From: a virus
Taxonomy: Duplodnaviria > Caudoviricetes
DNA: 64,000 nucleotides
Reading direction: 5' to 3' (one strand)
Virus record (IMG/VR): IMGVR_UViG_3300014204_000112
Location: 32,001 to 96,000 of that record
Under the pieces are notes generated by a model that did no database searches, had not been told where the DNA came from, and saw only the letters and a program-made list of their open reading frames with translations. Positions 39,909-50,140 of this stretch are shown in pieces; the stretch's first letter is position 1, and every line of letters begins with the position of its first letter. Both the position numbers and the translations under genes were made by a program.

Positions 39909-41600
39909 TTAGTATCCAGTTGAAGGAGCAACTGAACCAGTAAGTACGCCAAGACCGTTAACGGTAATGGTGATGTACTGGGTTTCAGGATGCCAACCTG
40001 CTTCTGTGATAGCGTACCTTGATTTCAAACCAATCTTTGGTGAGAAGGTACCTTCTGCGATTGTCTGGAGAGATTCTGCCATGATGTATGGGAGGAACTT
40101 AATACCAGGTTCTTCGTCAGCGCCCTTACGAGCGATGTGGATACGGTTGTCACCGAATTTCAGGTTAGGATCAACGTACACGGTAAGTCCGTGAACTTTA
40201 CCAGCTGGGTAAAGCTGACCAGGTCCCGAAGGAAGGTCATTGTTGAATGGAGCGAATGTGTAACCTGCTACGTCAGCAAGAGCTGAAGCAACACGACCGT
40301 TGGTTACGATGTGGGTTGCGGCACCGAAACGACCCCTGTGGTAAATAAGGTTAGCCATTTCGAGGATCTTCGTAACAACCCTACGCTGTAGCGTTGAGAT
40401 GTTTTCGAATCCGGAACCTACTGTTAGGTCGAGGTTGGTAATACCCGAACCCTCAATTGCATTGATGTTCGTTGTGTGAGCTGCGCCGAGGACGAAGCAA
40501 CGGTCAACCAATTTCTTGTTGATCGACTGAGCAACTTCGTTAACTGCAACGTTTTCCAACATGGAAATAACGTCAAAGTTCCATACGCGGTTGAGGTCCT
40601 GGATCTGCTCAACGGTTGCTGAGATAGCTACCTGATCACCTTTAGCTTCGATGAACTTGGTGAACATTTTGAGACCCATCTGGCGGAACTTGCTTACTTC
40701 AGCAACTTCCCTCTTCATTCCTTCGATCTGCGTGCCGTTTGCACCGAGGTAAGGACCATTCCATGCATCAGTTGCATAGTTGTCATCGCTCGATGTGGTG
40801 AAACCAGAAATATGGTTTTCCAGTGCGGATGCAAGACCGGGAGTGTTAGCTGCTAGCAGGGTGTAGGTCTTTACGACTGCTGCACCACCGATAGTAATGG
40901 TAGTAAATACTTCGCCGGTTTTAACGTAGTCGTTGATCTTCTTCGTTCCGTCACTACCGTCGCTGACGACTTTCCACATACCGACTCCGTCAACACGTGA
41001 GAAGCCGATGAATGAAAGGGTTAGAGCGTTACTATCAACCGTAATGGTTGCGGTATCGCCGCTGATAAGCTGTGAGAAGGTTCCACCTGCTGTAAGAACA
41101 GTGTCTCCCTTTACTGCTTCGATCTTAATTACGAATGGATCGTACTGCTGATCGAGGTTACCACCCTGGTACACGTAGTCCAGATATGGAAGGAATCCGA
41201 CAGGAGCGTCCATAGGAACAACTCCTACGAGGTCGAAACCGATTGTTTTTGCTGCTACCTGAATTGCTACAGGAAGTAAGCTAGGGAACTTGTCACCGGA
41301 ACCTGAGTTCGAGTAACTCTGTTTTGCACCGCCGATGAATGGGGTCATAGTGTTAACAGGAGCATGAATGCTACCCATTGCACTGATGGAACCAGGCTGC
41401 TGAAGGAATAAACCAGGGGCTACGGATTCGTTAACTGGCGAACCAGTGTTGTCGAAGATTGCATGGTAGTGAGCTACGTCAACTAACCAAGGGCGACTCT
41501 TCATAACTGCTGCGTCTGCACCATAACTCTCCAAAACAGGTATCCAAGTATCCTTGATTGACTGATCATTCAGTCTCTTGAAAATTCTTGTTGTTGCCAT
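39909..41600 (-). CDS. gp23: Major capsid protein (T4 gp23-like)
   Basis: FDLVGVVPMDAPVG, ATVEQIQDL, NEVAQSINK, FLPY...EGTFSPKIGLKSRYA. Confidence 0.92.
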   Translation of the reverse strand: MATTRIFKRLNDQSIKDTWIPVLESYGADAAVMKSRPWLVDVAHYHAIFDNTGSPVNESVAPGLFLQQPGSISAMGSIHAPVNTMTPFIGGAKQSYSNSGSGDKFPSLLPVAIQVAAKTIGFDLVGVVPMDAPVGFLPYLDYVYQGGNLDQQYDPFVIKIEAVKGDTVLTAGGTFSQLISGDTATITVDSNALTLSFIGFSRVDGVGMWKVVSDGSDGTKKINDYVKTGEVFTTITIGGAAVVKTYTLLAANTPGLASALENHISGFTTSSDDNYATDAWNGPYLGANGTQIEGMKREVAEVSKFRQMGLKMFTKFIEAKGDQVAISATVEQIQDLNRVWNFDVISMLENVAVNEVAQSINKKLVDRCFVLGAAHTTNINAIEGSGITNLDLTVGSGFENISTLQRRVVTKILEMANLIYHRGRFGAATHIVTNGRVASALADVAGYTFAPFNNDLPSGPGQLYPAGKVHGLTVYVDPNLKFGDNRIHIARKGADEEPGIKFLPYIMAESLQTIAEGTFSPKIGLKSRYAITEAGWHPETQYITITVNGLGVLTGSVAPSTGY

Positions 41601-41617
41601 TTGTTTTTGAGGCTTTT

Positions 41618-43603
41618 TTATGATTGTGCTCTGCGCTTGAGAGCTTCAATGTACGCGTTGGAATAACCACGCTGTACTTGATTTACTTGATCTATCGATA
41701 CGTAACCCTCTTTACCTTGGTTTTCGTTGATAGCTGTGTTATTTATATTTGCACTTTGTGCAATTCTTTCATTGATTCCCCTTAGATCGCGAGTGTCCCA
41801 GAAAGCTTTCGCTTGGTAAGGAGTGTTGATCACTACGGTTGAAGCTTGAGCGGCGATCCAATTGAGTTCGACTTCGTTCATCTTCTCGTATAGAGGTTTG
41901 TACTTTTCTGGCATGAAGCGAATGTAAGTAGGAGTATTCTCTGTCTGTTTGTTCATTACTGCTTCCATGATGTTGATCACTTCGGATTCATTGAAGAACA
42001 CTGCTCCACGTAGTGTCTCAACGATTGCGGTCTTGATGTCCGGTTCGAGAGCGTAGAACTTCTGTTTGTTTTCAGTAGTCAAAAGCTTCAGGAACGGGTA
42101 TTTGCTTTCGAGAACGGCATTTGCTGAATTCGATTTGATGTTTGCAAGGATTCCGTCAACTGCTGAAACGAGGTCTTCTACTGGAGAAGCATCCGTCACG
42201 TTAACTTTGCTTTCGTTTAGCTGAGCGACATCGGACAGTAACCTACGCGTTGTGAGCTTAGTGTTAGGACCAACTTTCTGGTTCATCGTTTCAGCAACGT
42301 ATTCCGTGTAAGCGATACCCTTCTGGATGTTTCCGCCGAGGTATTCAGCATACTTGATAGCTTCGTTCAAACTCTTTGCTAGGTAATTGGAGTAATTCAA
42401 GCCCTTTGACGATTGCTCAGCAACGTATTCGGTGTACTGAATTCCCTTATCCAACTGTTCAGCTAGATAATTACCGAACTTGATACTCTTCTCTGTCATT
42501 CCGCCAACGTATTCAGCGTAATTGATGTTCTGGTTCAGTTTTTCTCCCAGGTAGTTAGAGAAGTGGATATTCTTTTCGGTCATTCCTGCTAGGTAATCGC
42601 TGTAGTCAATCACGTGATTTACCTTTTCGGCAACGTGTTCTGTGTAACCAATTCCCTTGTTCAACATTGTCGATAGGTAGTTGGTAAACTCAACGATCTT
42701 TTCCATTTCGCCAGCCAGGTAATTAGTGAACTTGACCAATTTCTCGGTAACCGGAAGGTCATCAGTTTTTTCGCTAAGAGCTAGCAAACCAGCGTTATTG
42801 TTATTGATGCTTTCACGAAGGGATTCGATTTGCTTCTTAACAACTTTTGAATACTGGTTATATTCTTCTCTTGTTACTAAGTCATTAGCCATTTGCTTTT
42901 CGTTATTTTGTAGAGTCTTGGTTTCAGGATTATTTATTTTGTAAACTCTCACAGAATCCTCGAAGTTAAAGCTTTCGGAAACATCCATCAAGTTGTTTGT
43001 TACCGAATGAGCCTTAAGGAAATCTAGGGATTCGAAGAGCATAGTGTAATTACCCTGTAGGTTTTCCGCAACCTGAGACAGGGCGGCTTGTGCGAACCCG
43101 GGCTCGGCCACGAGGTCGTACGTAAATATTTTATGAAGTTTGACCTTGCCGTTGTCAAGAACTTGACCGGCAGCTCTCGAGGAAATCGAGATTACACAAC
43201 CTGCTAGAACTAAGGTTTTTGCGATTCTTCCGCTAGGTGTATCGAGAAGTTTTACTTTGATCTTTACGCTGTTGGACGCTTTATCATGGTCCAATGCGAG
43301 GATAACGTGAGACACGTTCTTTAGCGAAACGTCGAAGCTCTGTGGGTGATCGAGCTCCCCGAATAACTGGCCTTTCTTGATCTTCTCAACCAAATAGGTG
43401 AGATGAGGAAGGTATTCAGCTTCCTCGTAAACGCGGTTGTTATCGTTCTTCTGGCCAAAAACCGCACAAGTTCCGTCCATAATGATGTCACCGGTTTCAG
43501 TCGTGGTGACACCTAACGGTGTGTTCGATCTTTCTAGAATAAAGACAACGTCCTTAGGTAGTAAGGTCGGCGTTTGTAGATTTACTGCGGTAGTACTAGT
43601 CAA
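41618..43603 (-). CDS. Prohead protease (gp21-like) fused to a scaffold/core domain
   Basis: NDNNRVY, LFGELDHP, ISISSRAAG, TYDLVAEPGF; then about 14-aa helical repeats; directly upstream of the capsid gene. Confidence 0.88.
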   Translation of the reverse strand: MTSTTAVNLQTPTLLPKDVVFILERSNTPLGVTTTETGDIIMDGTCAVFGQKNDNNRVYEEAEYLPHLTYLVEKIKKGQLFGELDHPQSFDVSLKNVSHVILALDHDKASNSVKIKVKLLDTPSGRIAKTLVLAGCVISISSRAAGQVLDNGKVKLHKIFTYDLVAEPGFAQAALSQVAENLQGNYTMLFESLDFLKAHSVTNNLMDVSESFNFEDSVRVYKINNPETKTLQNNEKQMANDLVTREEYNQYSKVVKKQIESLRESINNNNAGLLALSEKTDDLPVTEKLVKFTNYLAGEMEKIVEFTNYLSTMLNKGIGYTEHVAEKVNHVIDYSDYLAGMTEKNIHFSNYLGEKLNQNINYAEYVGGMTEKSIKFGNYLAEQLDKGIQYTEYVAEQSSKGLNYSNYLAKSLNEAIKYAEYLGGNIQKGIAYTEYVAETMNQKVGPNTKLTTRRLLSDVAQLNESKVNVTDASPVEDLVSAVDGILANIKSNSANAVLESKYPFLKLLTTENKQKFYALEPDIKTAIVETLRGAVFFNESEVINIMEAVMNKQTENTPTYIRFMPEKYKPLYEKMNEVELNWIAAQASTVVINTPYQAKAFWDTRDLRGINERIAQSANINNTAINENQGKEGYVSIDQVNQVQRGYSNAYIEALKRRAQS

Positions 43604-43622
43604 CTCCGTGAGACTTTTTTGA

Positions 43623-43630
43623 TATTTATA
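43623..43630 (-). promoter_or_regulatory. T4-type late promoter TATAAATA for the head operon
   Basis: Exact T4 late consensus about 20 nt upstream of the protease gene; NATAAATA variants on the minus strand at 3490, 4148, 22486, 22546, 36315, 38077, 39813, 43669, 58019, 61098 and on the plus strand at 13783, 13954. Confidence 0.85.
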
Positions 43631-43667
43631 ACGGGCCCACTATTAAAACAAGGGGTACCCGCTATCG

Positions 43668-44567
43668 TTATTTATCAAAGTCTCTAAGTAATTCTTTAAG
43701 AGTTGCTAGCTTATCGTCACTAATTTTTGAAAGGTCTGGCTTTTTGACGGTGATGTTGAATATGTATGAGCCTCGTTTGCCGAATGCCGAGACTAAACCC
43801 TGTTCAGGGATTCTCACCTGTATGTTGGAAAGGGTAGGCGAATTGATTGAGTTGATCTTGTACTTTTTGCCGAATGGATTTTGGAGAAAAAGTTCATTTG
43901 TGAACAGTATGTCGCTAAGAGAAAGTTCGACGGTTTGGACCAAATCTGAAGCATCAGTTATCTCGAGACCTTCCGTGTCGATGATGATCCGTATGAAAAG
44001 ATCGCCAGTAGCTTCTCCATGGTGCCTTCTGTGAAACACATCGTCGAAGCCATCGATTTCTTGGCTTGAACCAGCATACCGCATTCTCACGATTATTCCG
44101 AGCTTTCCGCCGATCAGAGCAAGAGGATAACCATTGGTAGACAAGTTCACCTTGTACCTAACGGTCTTGTGCTCGATCTTGGATTCAGAAAGGCTTGACT
44201 TGGAAATCTGATAAGAAACTGAATCCTCGATGCCATTCATCAGTTCGGATATTTTGAAATGACGATCAACATGAATGTTCAAATGTTCGAGGTCCATCAT
44301 CGAGAAAGCAACATTTCTGAATCTCGAGTACGGGTCGTTCGCTGGGTTAGCTGTTACTGGATGGTCGAGTTGGTAATCGTACTCTGCTCGTTTCTTCTTA
44401 TCACTAAGAGTGGAGTAGGCTTCATTGATTTTCTTGAAATGTTCCTCTCCATTCGGATTTTTGTCCGGATGATATTCCTTGGACAGCTTTCGAAACGATT
44501 TCTTTATGTCTGTGTCCGACGTGTTACGCGCGACCTGTAGGATAGAATAATAGGTTTCGGCTTCCAA
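43668..44567 (-). CDS. dnaJ: DnaJ-family (J-domain) co-chaperone
   Basis: YYSILQV...YHPDKNP...[14 protein letters not shown]-domain; C-terminal GDLFIRI; no zinc finger. Confidence 0.88.
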   Translation of the reverse strand: MEAETYYSILQVARNTSDTDIKKSFRKLSKEYHPDKNPNGEEHFKKINEAYSTLSDKKKRAEYDYQLDHPVTANPANDPYSRFRNVAFSMMDLEHLNIHVDRHFKISELMNGIEDSVSYQISKSSLSESKIEHKTVRYKVNLSTNGYPLALIGGKLGIIVRMRYAGSSQEIDGFDDVFHRRHHGEATGDLFIRIIIDTEGLEITDASDLVQTVELSLSDILFTNELFLQNPFGKKYKINSINSPTLSNIQVRIPEQGLVSAFGKRGSYIFNITVKKPDLSKISDDKLATLKELLRDFDK

Positions 44568-44643
44568 ATCTGTTCGTACTTTTTTAGTATATTACTACTT
44601 AATTGAACATTTGGTTCAAAAGTCCTTAAAATAATCCGCTTTC

Positions 44644-47205
44644 ATGCTGATTTTCACCTACTATGATGAAACTTCTAAATTTGTTTTCATGAAATCCATG
44701 GAATCAGTTAGTCGAGCATTAGATAATGCGAAAACAATTTCCTTAGTTATCTTGTCAAATAGTCAACCATCAGCGAAAGAAATTTCGCAATTGAATACTT
44801 GGTTCTCTACTACTTCCGTGATAAAACCTACTAGAGTTAAGGAACCGGATACTGCCATATCAGGTAAGCCAAATACGGAATTTGTGGAAATTCTATTAAC
44901 TTATTCAGCTTACGATCAATTGTATGTCGACCCGAATATCATTCTGACAAATAAGTTAATCATCCCTATTGATACTTCACTATTTTTCAAACAGTATAGG
45001 GGTCAGCTCTCAACTAAGCTAGTTTATTTGAAGGCAGGCACGCAATTCAACACGGCATTTTCTACGATAAGCAAGGGAAAATGGATAACGAACATAACCG
45101 ACATGGAATTCACGTACGTTGTTCACAATAATTTCTTGATTCCAAAGAAAGTACATCCGAACAGTATTCTTAACGGAAAAGCATTCAGTGAGTCGGCGAT
45201 AACGAATATCGTAATAACTGATCAAGCAGCGATGGATATTAGCAATGTTGACTTACAGAATAGCAAAATACAAAAAATTCTAACTCAAGTACTTCCATCC
45301 ACTGGGACTCGAATACTGTCACGAATTTTGAAAAAATCGGAGAGTAGCGAACTCGTACCTTTCTCAGCACTGATCGGAGAAAATAAAGAGGTTGCAATCA
45401 TGAAGCCCAAACCGAAATCTGTCATCAAACATATCGTAATGGAACTGCCATTCTACGATAAAACTTCGGGAGGAATAAATCGGTCGCTGAGAATAGTGAT
45501 GGAGCTTCCGTATTACTCAAAAATATGTGGAGGAGTAAGAGACAGCGTTTTAATAGCACAACAGTTTACTCCTACTGCGGAATTACGGTTTCAGCGGTTA
45601 ATCTCTGAAAGTAATCCAGCTGAACTATCAACTAAATGGTCAGTTGGATTACCTGATGAATCTTTCCCTACTTGCGATATTTGCATAACGTATTCTGATA
45701 ATCTGTACCTTGAAAAATTAGTGAACTTGCCACAAGTTGGAAAAGTTTACATTCTCATGCTGTCATACGGAATGAACCTTCCAGTAGAGAGAGCTAACGT
45801 TTTGAATCCAAAGGTAACCGTTCTGTGTTCGAGCAAAAAACTCGAGAAAGCAATATCTGAAGAAAAAGTAAAGGTATACCGTCTCGGTCTAGGTTTAGAC
45901 ATGTCAGCAATGTACGTTGATAAGGAAATTAAGAGAAAGAAGTACTTGGCCATCCTTTACAATAACATGCTAATGAAAAAGTACACCACTGCTGTGGAAG
46001 TAGCCAACACCTTGTATAAGAACAAAATCATAGATGGCGTGATAACGTTTGGACGAGAAGAGGGATATTCCAATTTCCCAAAACCGATCGGCCTGGTAAA
46101 ACACTATGCTAAAGCAACGCCGGACCAGATCCGTGAAATTTTCAATACATGTCAATGCTTTCTTATGCCTTCAGTTACTGAGGGTCTAAACTTAACTCCA
46201 ATAGAGTCCACTCTTTGCGGTTGCCCTGCCATACTATGTGATGGAGCAATTAACGAAGTGTTCTTCGATCGAGTAAACTGCTTCATCTCCCCACCGGAAG
46301 ATACGAGCACAATGGTCGCTTTGTGTACTGAAGTAATGAATAAGTTCAATAAGTATTCCAATGCTTTTAGAAAAGACATGCAATCTCTCGTAGATACCAT
46401 GACCTGGCCAGCAGTTTACGATAAACTAACGACAGTACTATTAGAAACCGAACCAAAAAACGTAGTCATAATTCCAGTTCACAATCAGTTAGATTACCTA
46501 AAGTCTTGTGTTAAAACCGTTGTAGAAAAAACCGACAATTTGAAACTTATCATTGTCAATGACGGTTCGACTGATAAGGAGATCAATTCTTGGGTGCAAG
46601 CGAACATTGACTGCACGTTAATCAATCACGAAACTCCTCAGGGCTTTTCTGCTGCTTGCAATGATGGAATCGATTTCGCTATGAAAAATTTCGATTTTCA
46701 CTGTTTGTGCTTGCTTAATAGTGATACTGAGATTATTACGGATGGATGGTTCGATAAGATAGAAAGAGAAATGCGTAGACATGATCTCGGAATCGCTGGG
46801 CCGGTTAGCAATAATGCGGTTTGCCAAACTGTACGGGAACCGTTTACTTACATGAAAAATATCGAAACCAAACCAGTAATCTATACTCCGTTAGTTCATG
46901 GGTTCTGTTACTTTATCAGAAAGGACGTCATAACTAAAATCGGAATGCTGGATGGCATTCTGTTTCCGCATTACGGTAGTGAGGACGATTATTCGCTAAG
47001 ATCCCTACGTTTCGGTTTTAGAAGCGCAATTGTAGGATCTGTGTTCGTAAAGCATAATGGTGAAGCTAGTTATTCTCCTAGTAAGAGAGCTGAACTATTA
47101 AAGACCAGTGTTCCTAACTTATCCAAACGTTGGGGAAATGCGCACGTAAGCGAATGCGTTTCTTTAGCTACTCAAGCCTTCAAAAAACTAAACGAAGATC
47201 TATGA
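44644..47205 (+). CDS. Multidomain glycosyltransferase (GT-B/GT4-like plus GT2-like)
   Basis: FLMPSVTEGLNLTPIESTLCGCP (GT4 signature); VIIPVHN, IVNDGSTD, LLNSDT, YGSEDDYSLR (GT2). Confidence 0.88.
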   Translation: MLIFTYYDETSKFVFMKSMESVSRALDNAKTISLVILSNSQPSAKEISQLNTWFSTTSVIKPTRVKEPDTAISGKPNTEFVEILLTYSAYDQLYVDPNIILTNKLIIPIDTSLFFKQYRGQLSTKLVYLKAGTQFNTAFSTISKGKWITNITDMEFTYVVHNNFLIPKKVHPNSILNGKAFSESAITNIVITDQAAMDISNVDLQNSKIQKILTQVLPSTGTRILSRILKKSESSELVPFSALIGENKEVAIMKPKPKSVIKHIVMELPFYDKTSGGINRSLRIVMELPYYSKICGGVRDSVLIAQQFTPTAELRFQRLISESNPAELSTKWSVGLPDESFPTCDICITYSDNLYLEKLVNLPQVGKVYILMLSYGMNLPVERANVLNPKVTVLCSSKKLEKAISEEKVKVYRLGLGLDMSAMYVDKEIKRKKYLAILYNNMLMKKYTTAVEVANTLYKNKIIDGVITFGREEGYSNFPKPIGLVKHYAKATPDQIREIFNTCQCFLMPSVTEGLNLTPIESTLCGCPAILCDGAINEVFFDRVNCFISPPEDTSTMVALCTEVMNKFNKYSNAFRKDMQSLVDTMTWPAVYDKLTTVLLETEPKNVVIIPVHNQLDYLKSCVKTVVEKTDNLKLIIVNDGSTDKEINSWVQANIDCTLINHETPQGFSAACNDGIDFAMKNFDFHCLCLLNSDTEIITDGWFDKIEREMRRHDLGIAGPVSNNAVCQTVREPFTYMKNIETKPVIYTPLVHGFCYFIRKDVITKIGMLDGILFPHYGSEDDYSLRSLRFGFRSAIVGSVFVKHNGEASYSPSKRAELLKTSVPNLSKRWGNAHVSECVSLATQAFKKLNEDL

Positions 47206-47930
47206 TAAATGTCATTCAGTTACCTGCGGAACATTATCTTAATGCAATAGAAAAAAATGAACCCTTCTCATTTTCTAGGTTCGGTGACGGTGAAGTTTTG
47301 TGCATGTTGCGCCCGGAATTTTATAAGAATCGGCCGCAGTACAAGGATTGGATATTCACATGTGGTATCGAATTGAAACAGATTTTCAAAAACAAGTATG
47401 ACTATTACCACTGTTTTTTAGATTGCACATTTTGGAATAGGGGACCACACCCAGGAGACGATTTCGAAATTTTTCTTAACGAAACTTGCCCAGACTTTCT
47501 ATTTTACGATGGCGAAATCTGGCAGAACCTTTCATTCTCTGGAGAAATTACGAAAATAACTAGAACGATTTCTCCGTATAATCCAGTTTTCATCGGTGGA
47601 AAGCACCTGGCAAATATGAAATACGTTACTGGGATGGATCACAATATTGAGTTGATTGCTATCGACGATAATAACGGGTACTTAGAAAGAGATCAAGTAA
47701 AGGATGCTATACTGAAAAAAGTAGAAGAAGGACATCGCCTTTTTTGTTTTAGTGCAAGCGTTCTTACTAAAGTGTTGGTGGACGAGCTTTATCCAGTAAT
47801 CGGAGATTCGTGCTTCTTAATTGATTTCGGCAGTATGTTCGATCCGTACTGCGGGATTCTATCCAGGTCGACTATGGTGTCCGTTGGATTTGAAAAATTT
47901 CAACCGTACACCACTTTGCGCTTATCCTAG
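47202..47930 (+). CDS. GT-D fold (DUF1792-like) glycosyltransferase
   Basis: SFSRFGDGE motif and C-terminal LIDFGSMFD; ATGA coupling at 47202. Confidence 0.7.
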   Translation: MINVIQLPAEHYLNAIEKNEPFSFSRFGDGEVLCMLRPEFYKNRPQYKDWIFTCGIELKQIFKNKYDYYHCFLDCTFWNRGPHPGDDFEIFLNETCPDFLFYDGEIWQNLSFSGEITKITRTISPYNPVFIGGKHLANMKYVTGMDHNIELIAIDDNNGYLERDQVKDAILKKVEEGHRLFCFSASVLTKVLVDELYPVIGDSCFLIDFGSMFDPYCGILSRSTMVSVGFEKFQPYTTLRLS

Positions 47931-47968
47931 TGGCAGTATCGTAGTATAAAAGTAAAAATATCAATGGC

Positions 47969-48544
47969 ATGGCAGCAAAAACTTCTTTTTATAGCGAATC
48001 TGAATTAGCTGAACTCGGATTCAAAAGCTTTGGAAAAAACGTGTTAATTAGCAGGTATGCTAGGTTTTACGGAGCATCGAGAATAACATTGGGAAATCAT
48101 GTTAGGATCGATGATTTTTGCATAGTCAGTGCCGGTTCGGAAGTAATATTTGGGGACTACATACACATTGCGTGTTATGCGTCAATAATCGGTCAAGGAA
48201 AAATAGTGCTAGAAGATTTTACGAGCGTTGCAGCAAGAAGCACAATTCTTTCTTCGTGCGATGATTTTTCTGGAGCGGCACTGGTGAATCCGATGATCTC
48301 TGAAGAATTCCTCAACGTACTACATGCTCCAGTAATCATGAAAAAACATTCAGTAATTGGAGTCGGTACGGTTATTTTACCAGGAGTAACTCTCGAAGAA
48401 GGTTGTGCAGTTGGAGCTATGAGCTTGGTGAAACGTGACATTCCAGCATATCAGATATGGGTAGGAAACCCAGCCAGGTACGTCAAAGACCGTTTACCTG
48501 CATTAAAAAAATTAGAAAGGGAATTCCTAGATGCACAACTCTAA
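47969..48544 (+). CDS. Left-handed beta-helix sugar N/O-acyltransferase (VioB-like)
   Basis: Hexapeptide repeats, RIDDFC, SSCDDFSG..L.NP, VGNPARYVK. Confidence 0.88.
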   Translation: MAAKTSFYSESELAELGFKSFGKNVLISRYARFYGASRITLGNHVRIDDFCIVSAGSEVIFGDYIHIACYASIIGQGKIVLEDFTSVAARSTILSSCDDFSGAALVNPMISEEFLNVLHAPVIMKKHSVIGVGTVILPGVTLEEGCAVGAMSLVKRDIPAYQIWVGNPARYVKDRLPALKKLEREFLDAQL

Positions 48545-49454
48545 GATAATTGGAACAGGTCATTTCGTTCCAAAAACAATCCTCACCAATGAAGAAATTG
48601 TCAAGTTCGTAGACACGACTGACGAATGGATAGTAAAGAACACCGGCATAAGACAACGGCATATTTGCAGCAAATGGGAATCAACTTCGTTTTTGGGCAG
48701 TAATGCTGGATCCATTGCAATGGCTAATGCTTCAATAAAACCTGAAGAAATTGACGTGGTGATAGTGGCTACCACAACGCCAGAGAAATTGTCTCCATCA
48801 ACTGCTTGCATCATAAAAGACATACTCGGTCTTAACAATGCGATCGCATTCGATATTTCTGCTGTTTGTAGTGGGTTCCTTTTTGGAATGTCCATAGCGA
48901 ATGAGTACATTCAATCCGGAAAGTACAAAAATATTCTGGTGATAGGAGTAGATGCATTTTCGAACATAACTGACTGGACTCACAGGCACTGTATTTTCTT
49001 TGGAGACGGGGCTGGAGCTGTAGTAATGAGTCGGTCTGAAGAAGCTGGTTTTCTTGGGTTTACTCTGTATTCTGACAGTCTGGACCGTGCTGGCTTCTAT
49101 TGTAATCCTGGAGAAAAGTTCGTAATGAATACTCGGTCAGTGTATGATACTGCTACTCGAGTAATGCCAATCGCAATACAGGGAGTCCTCGATCAAGTGG
49201 GAATGACCATTGATCAAGTCGATTACTTGGTTCCACACCAACCGAGCATCAGGATTCTCACCGAGGTCGCAAATCGAATCAACATACCTGTAGAAAAGGT
49301 AATGATGAACATGGACAAGTATGCTAATACAGTTGCTGGAACCATTCCAATCTTGCTAAACGAAACCTGGCATAATTACAAAAAGGGCGATATTATTCTA
49401 TTTGCCGCAATCGGTTCAGGCTGGACGTATGGTGCAGCTCTTTATCGAGTATAA
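48531..49454 (+). CDS. fabH: 3-oxoacyl-ACP synthase III
   Basis: AVCSGF (Cys), FGDGAGA, PHQPS (His), YANT (Asn). Confidence 0.93.
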   Translation: MHNSKIIGTGHFVPKTILTNEEIVKFVDTTDEWIVKNTGIRQRHICSKWESTSFLGSNAGSIAMANASIKPEEIDVVIVATTTPEKLSPSTACIIKDILGLNNAIAFDISAVCSGFLFGMSIANEYIQSGKYKNILVIGVDAFSNITDWTHRHCIFFGDGAGAVVMSRSEEAGFLGFTLYSDSLDRAGFYCNPGEKFVMNTRSVYDTATRVMPIAIQGVLDQVGMTIDQVDYLVPHQPSIRILTEVANRINIPVEKVMMNMDKYANTVAGTIPILLNETWHNYKKGDIILFAAIGSGWTYGAALYRV

Positions 49455-49468
49455 AAAATGAGAACAGT

Positions 49469-50140
49469 ATGAAAACGATGGTAGTATTCGGTGGTACTGG
49501 TGGCTTGGGAGCAAAGCTCGTACCGCTATTAAAAGAAAGGCTTGATGAAACCGGAATACACCCAGCATACAATGTTATGGTCCTTGGGTCAAAGGACGTT
49601 GACGTGACAAATTTGTCTGAGGTCAAAGCATTTTTTGATCAATACGATGTTGACATTGTTCTGAATATGAGCGGCAAAAAATACGATGCATTCTTAAGCA
49701 AGATAACCGAAGAGGATATTCCAGAAATAGAAAGCATGTTAGCTGTTAACATGATGGGAAACGTCAACATTTTAGCTGGATGTTTACCGAACATGATAAA
49801 CACGAAATGGGGGAGAGTAATTGCTATTTCGTCAGTATTCGCCGAACTTAACGTTCCAAAGAATTCTTTGTACTGCGCATCGAAGGCATTCGTTGATCGA
49901 TTGATAAGCACAGCAAATAAGGAAAACATCAAATTTGGAGTAACCTGCAATACGATTCAACTTGGGTATTGGGATGGTGGAATGGGCCAACGTATTGACT
50001 TGAAATTTCAAGAATTGGCAAAGGAAAAGATCGGTCTGAAAAGATGGGGTTCAATTCCTGAATTGTACAATACCGTAAATTACATCATAGACAATGAATA
50101 CGTTTGCGGTAGTAATTTAAGAATCGACGGCGGCCTATAA
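49469..50140 (+). CDS. fabG: SDR oxidoreductase, FabG-like
   Basis: GGTGGLG, YCASK, RIDGGL. Confidence 0.85.
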   Translation: MKTMVVFGGTGGLGAKLVPLLKERLDETGIHPAYNVMVLGSKDVDVTNLSEVKAFFDQYDVDIVLNMSGKKYDAFLSKITEEDIPEIESMLAVNMMGNVNILAGCLPNMINTKWGRVIAISSVFAELNVPKNSLYCASKAFVDRLISTANKENIKFGVTCNTIQLGYWDGGMGQRIDLKFQELAKEKIGLKRWGSIPELYNTVNYIIDNEYVCGSNLRIDGGL

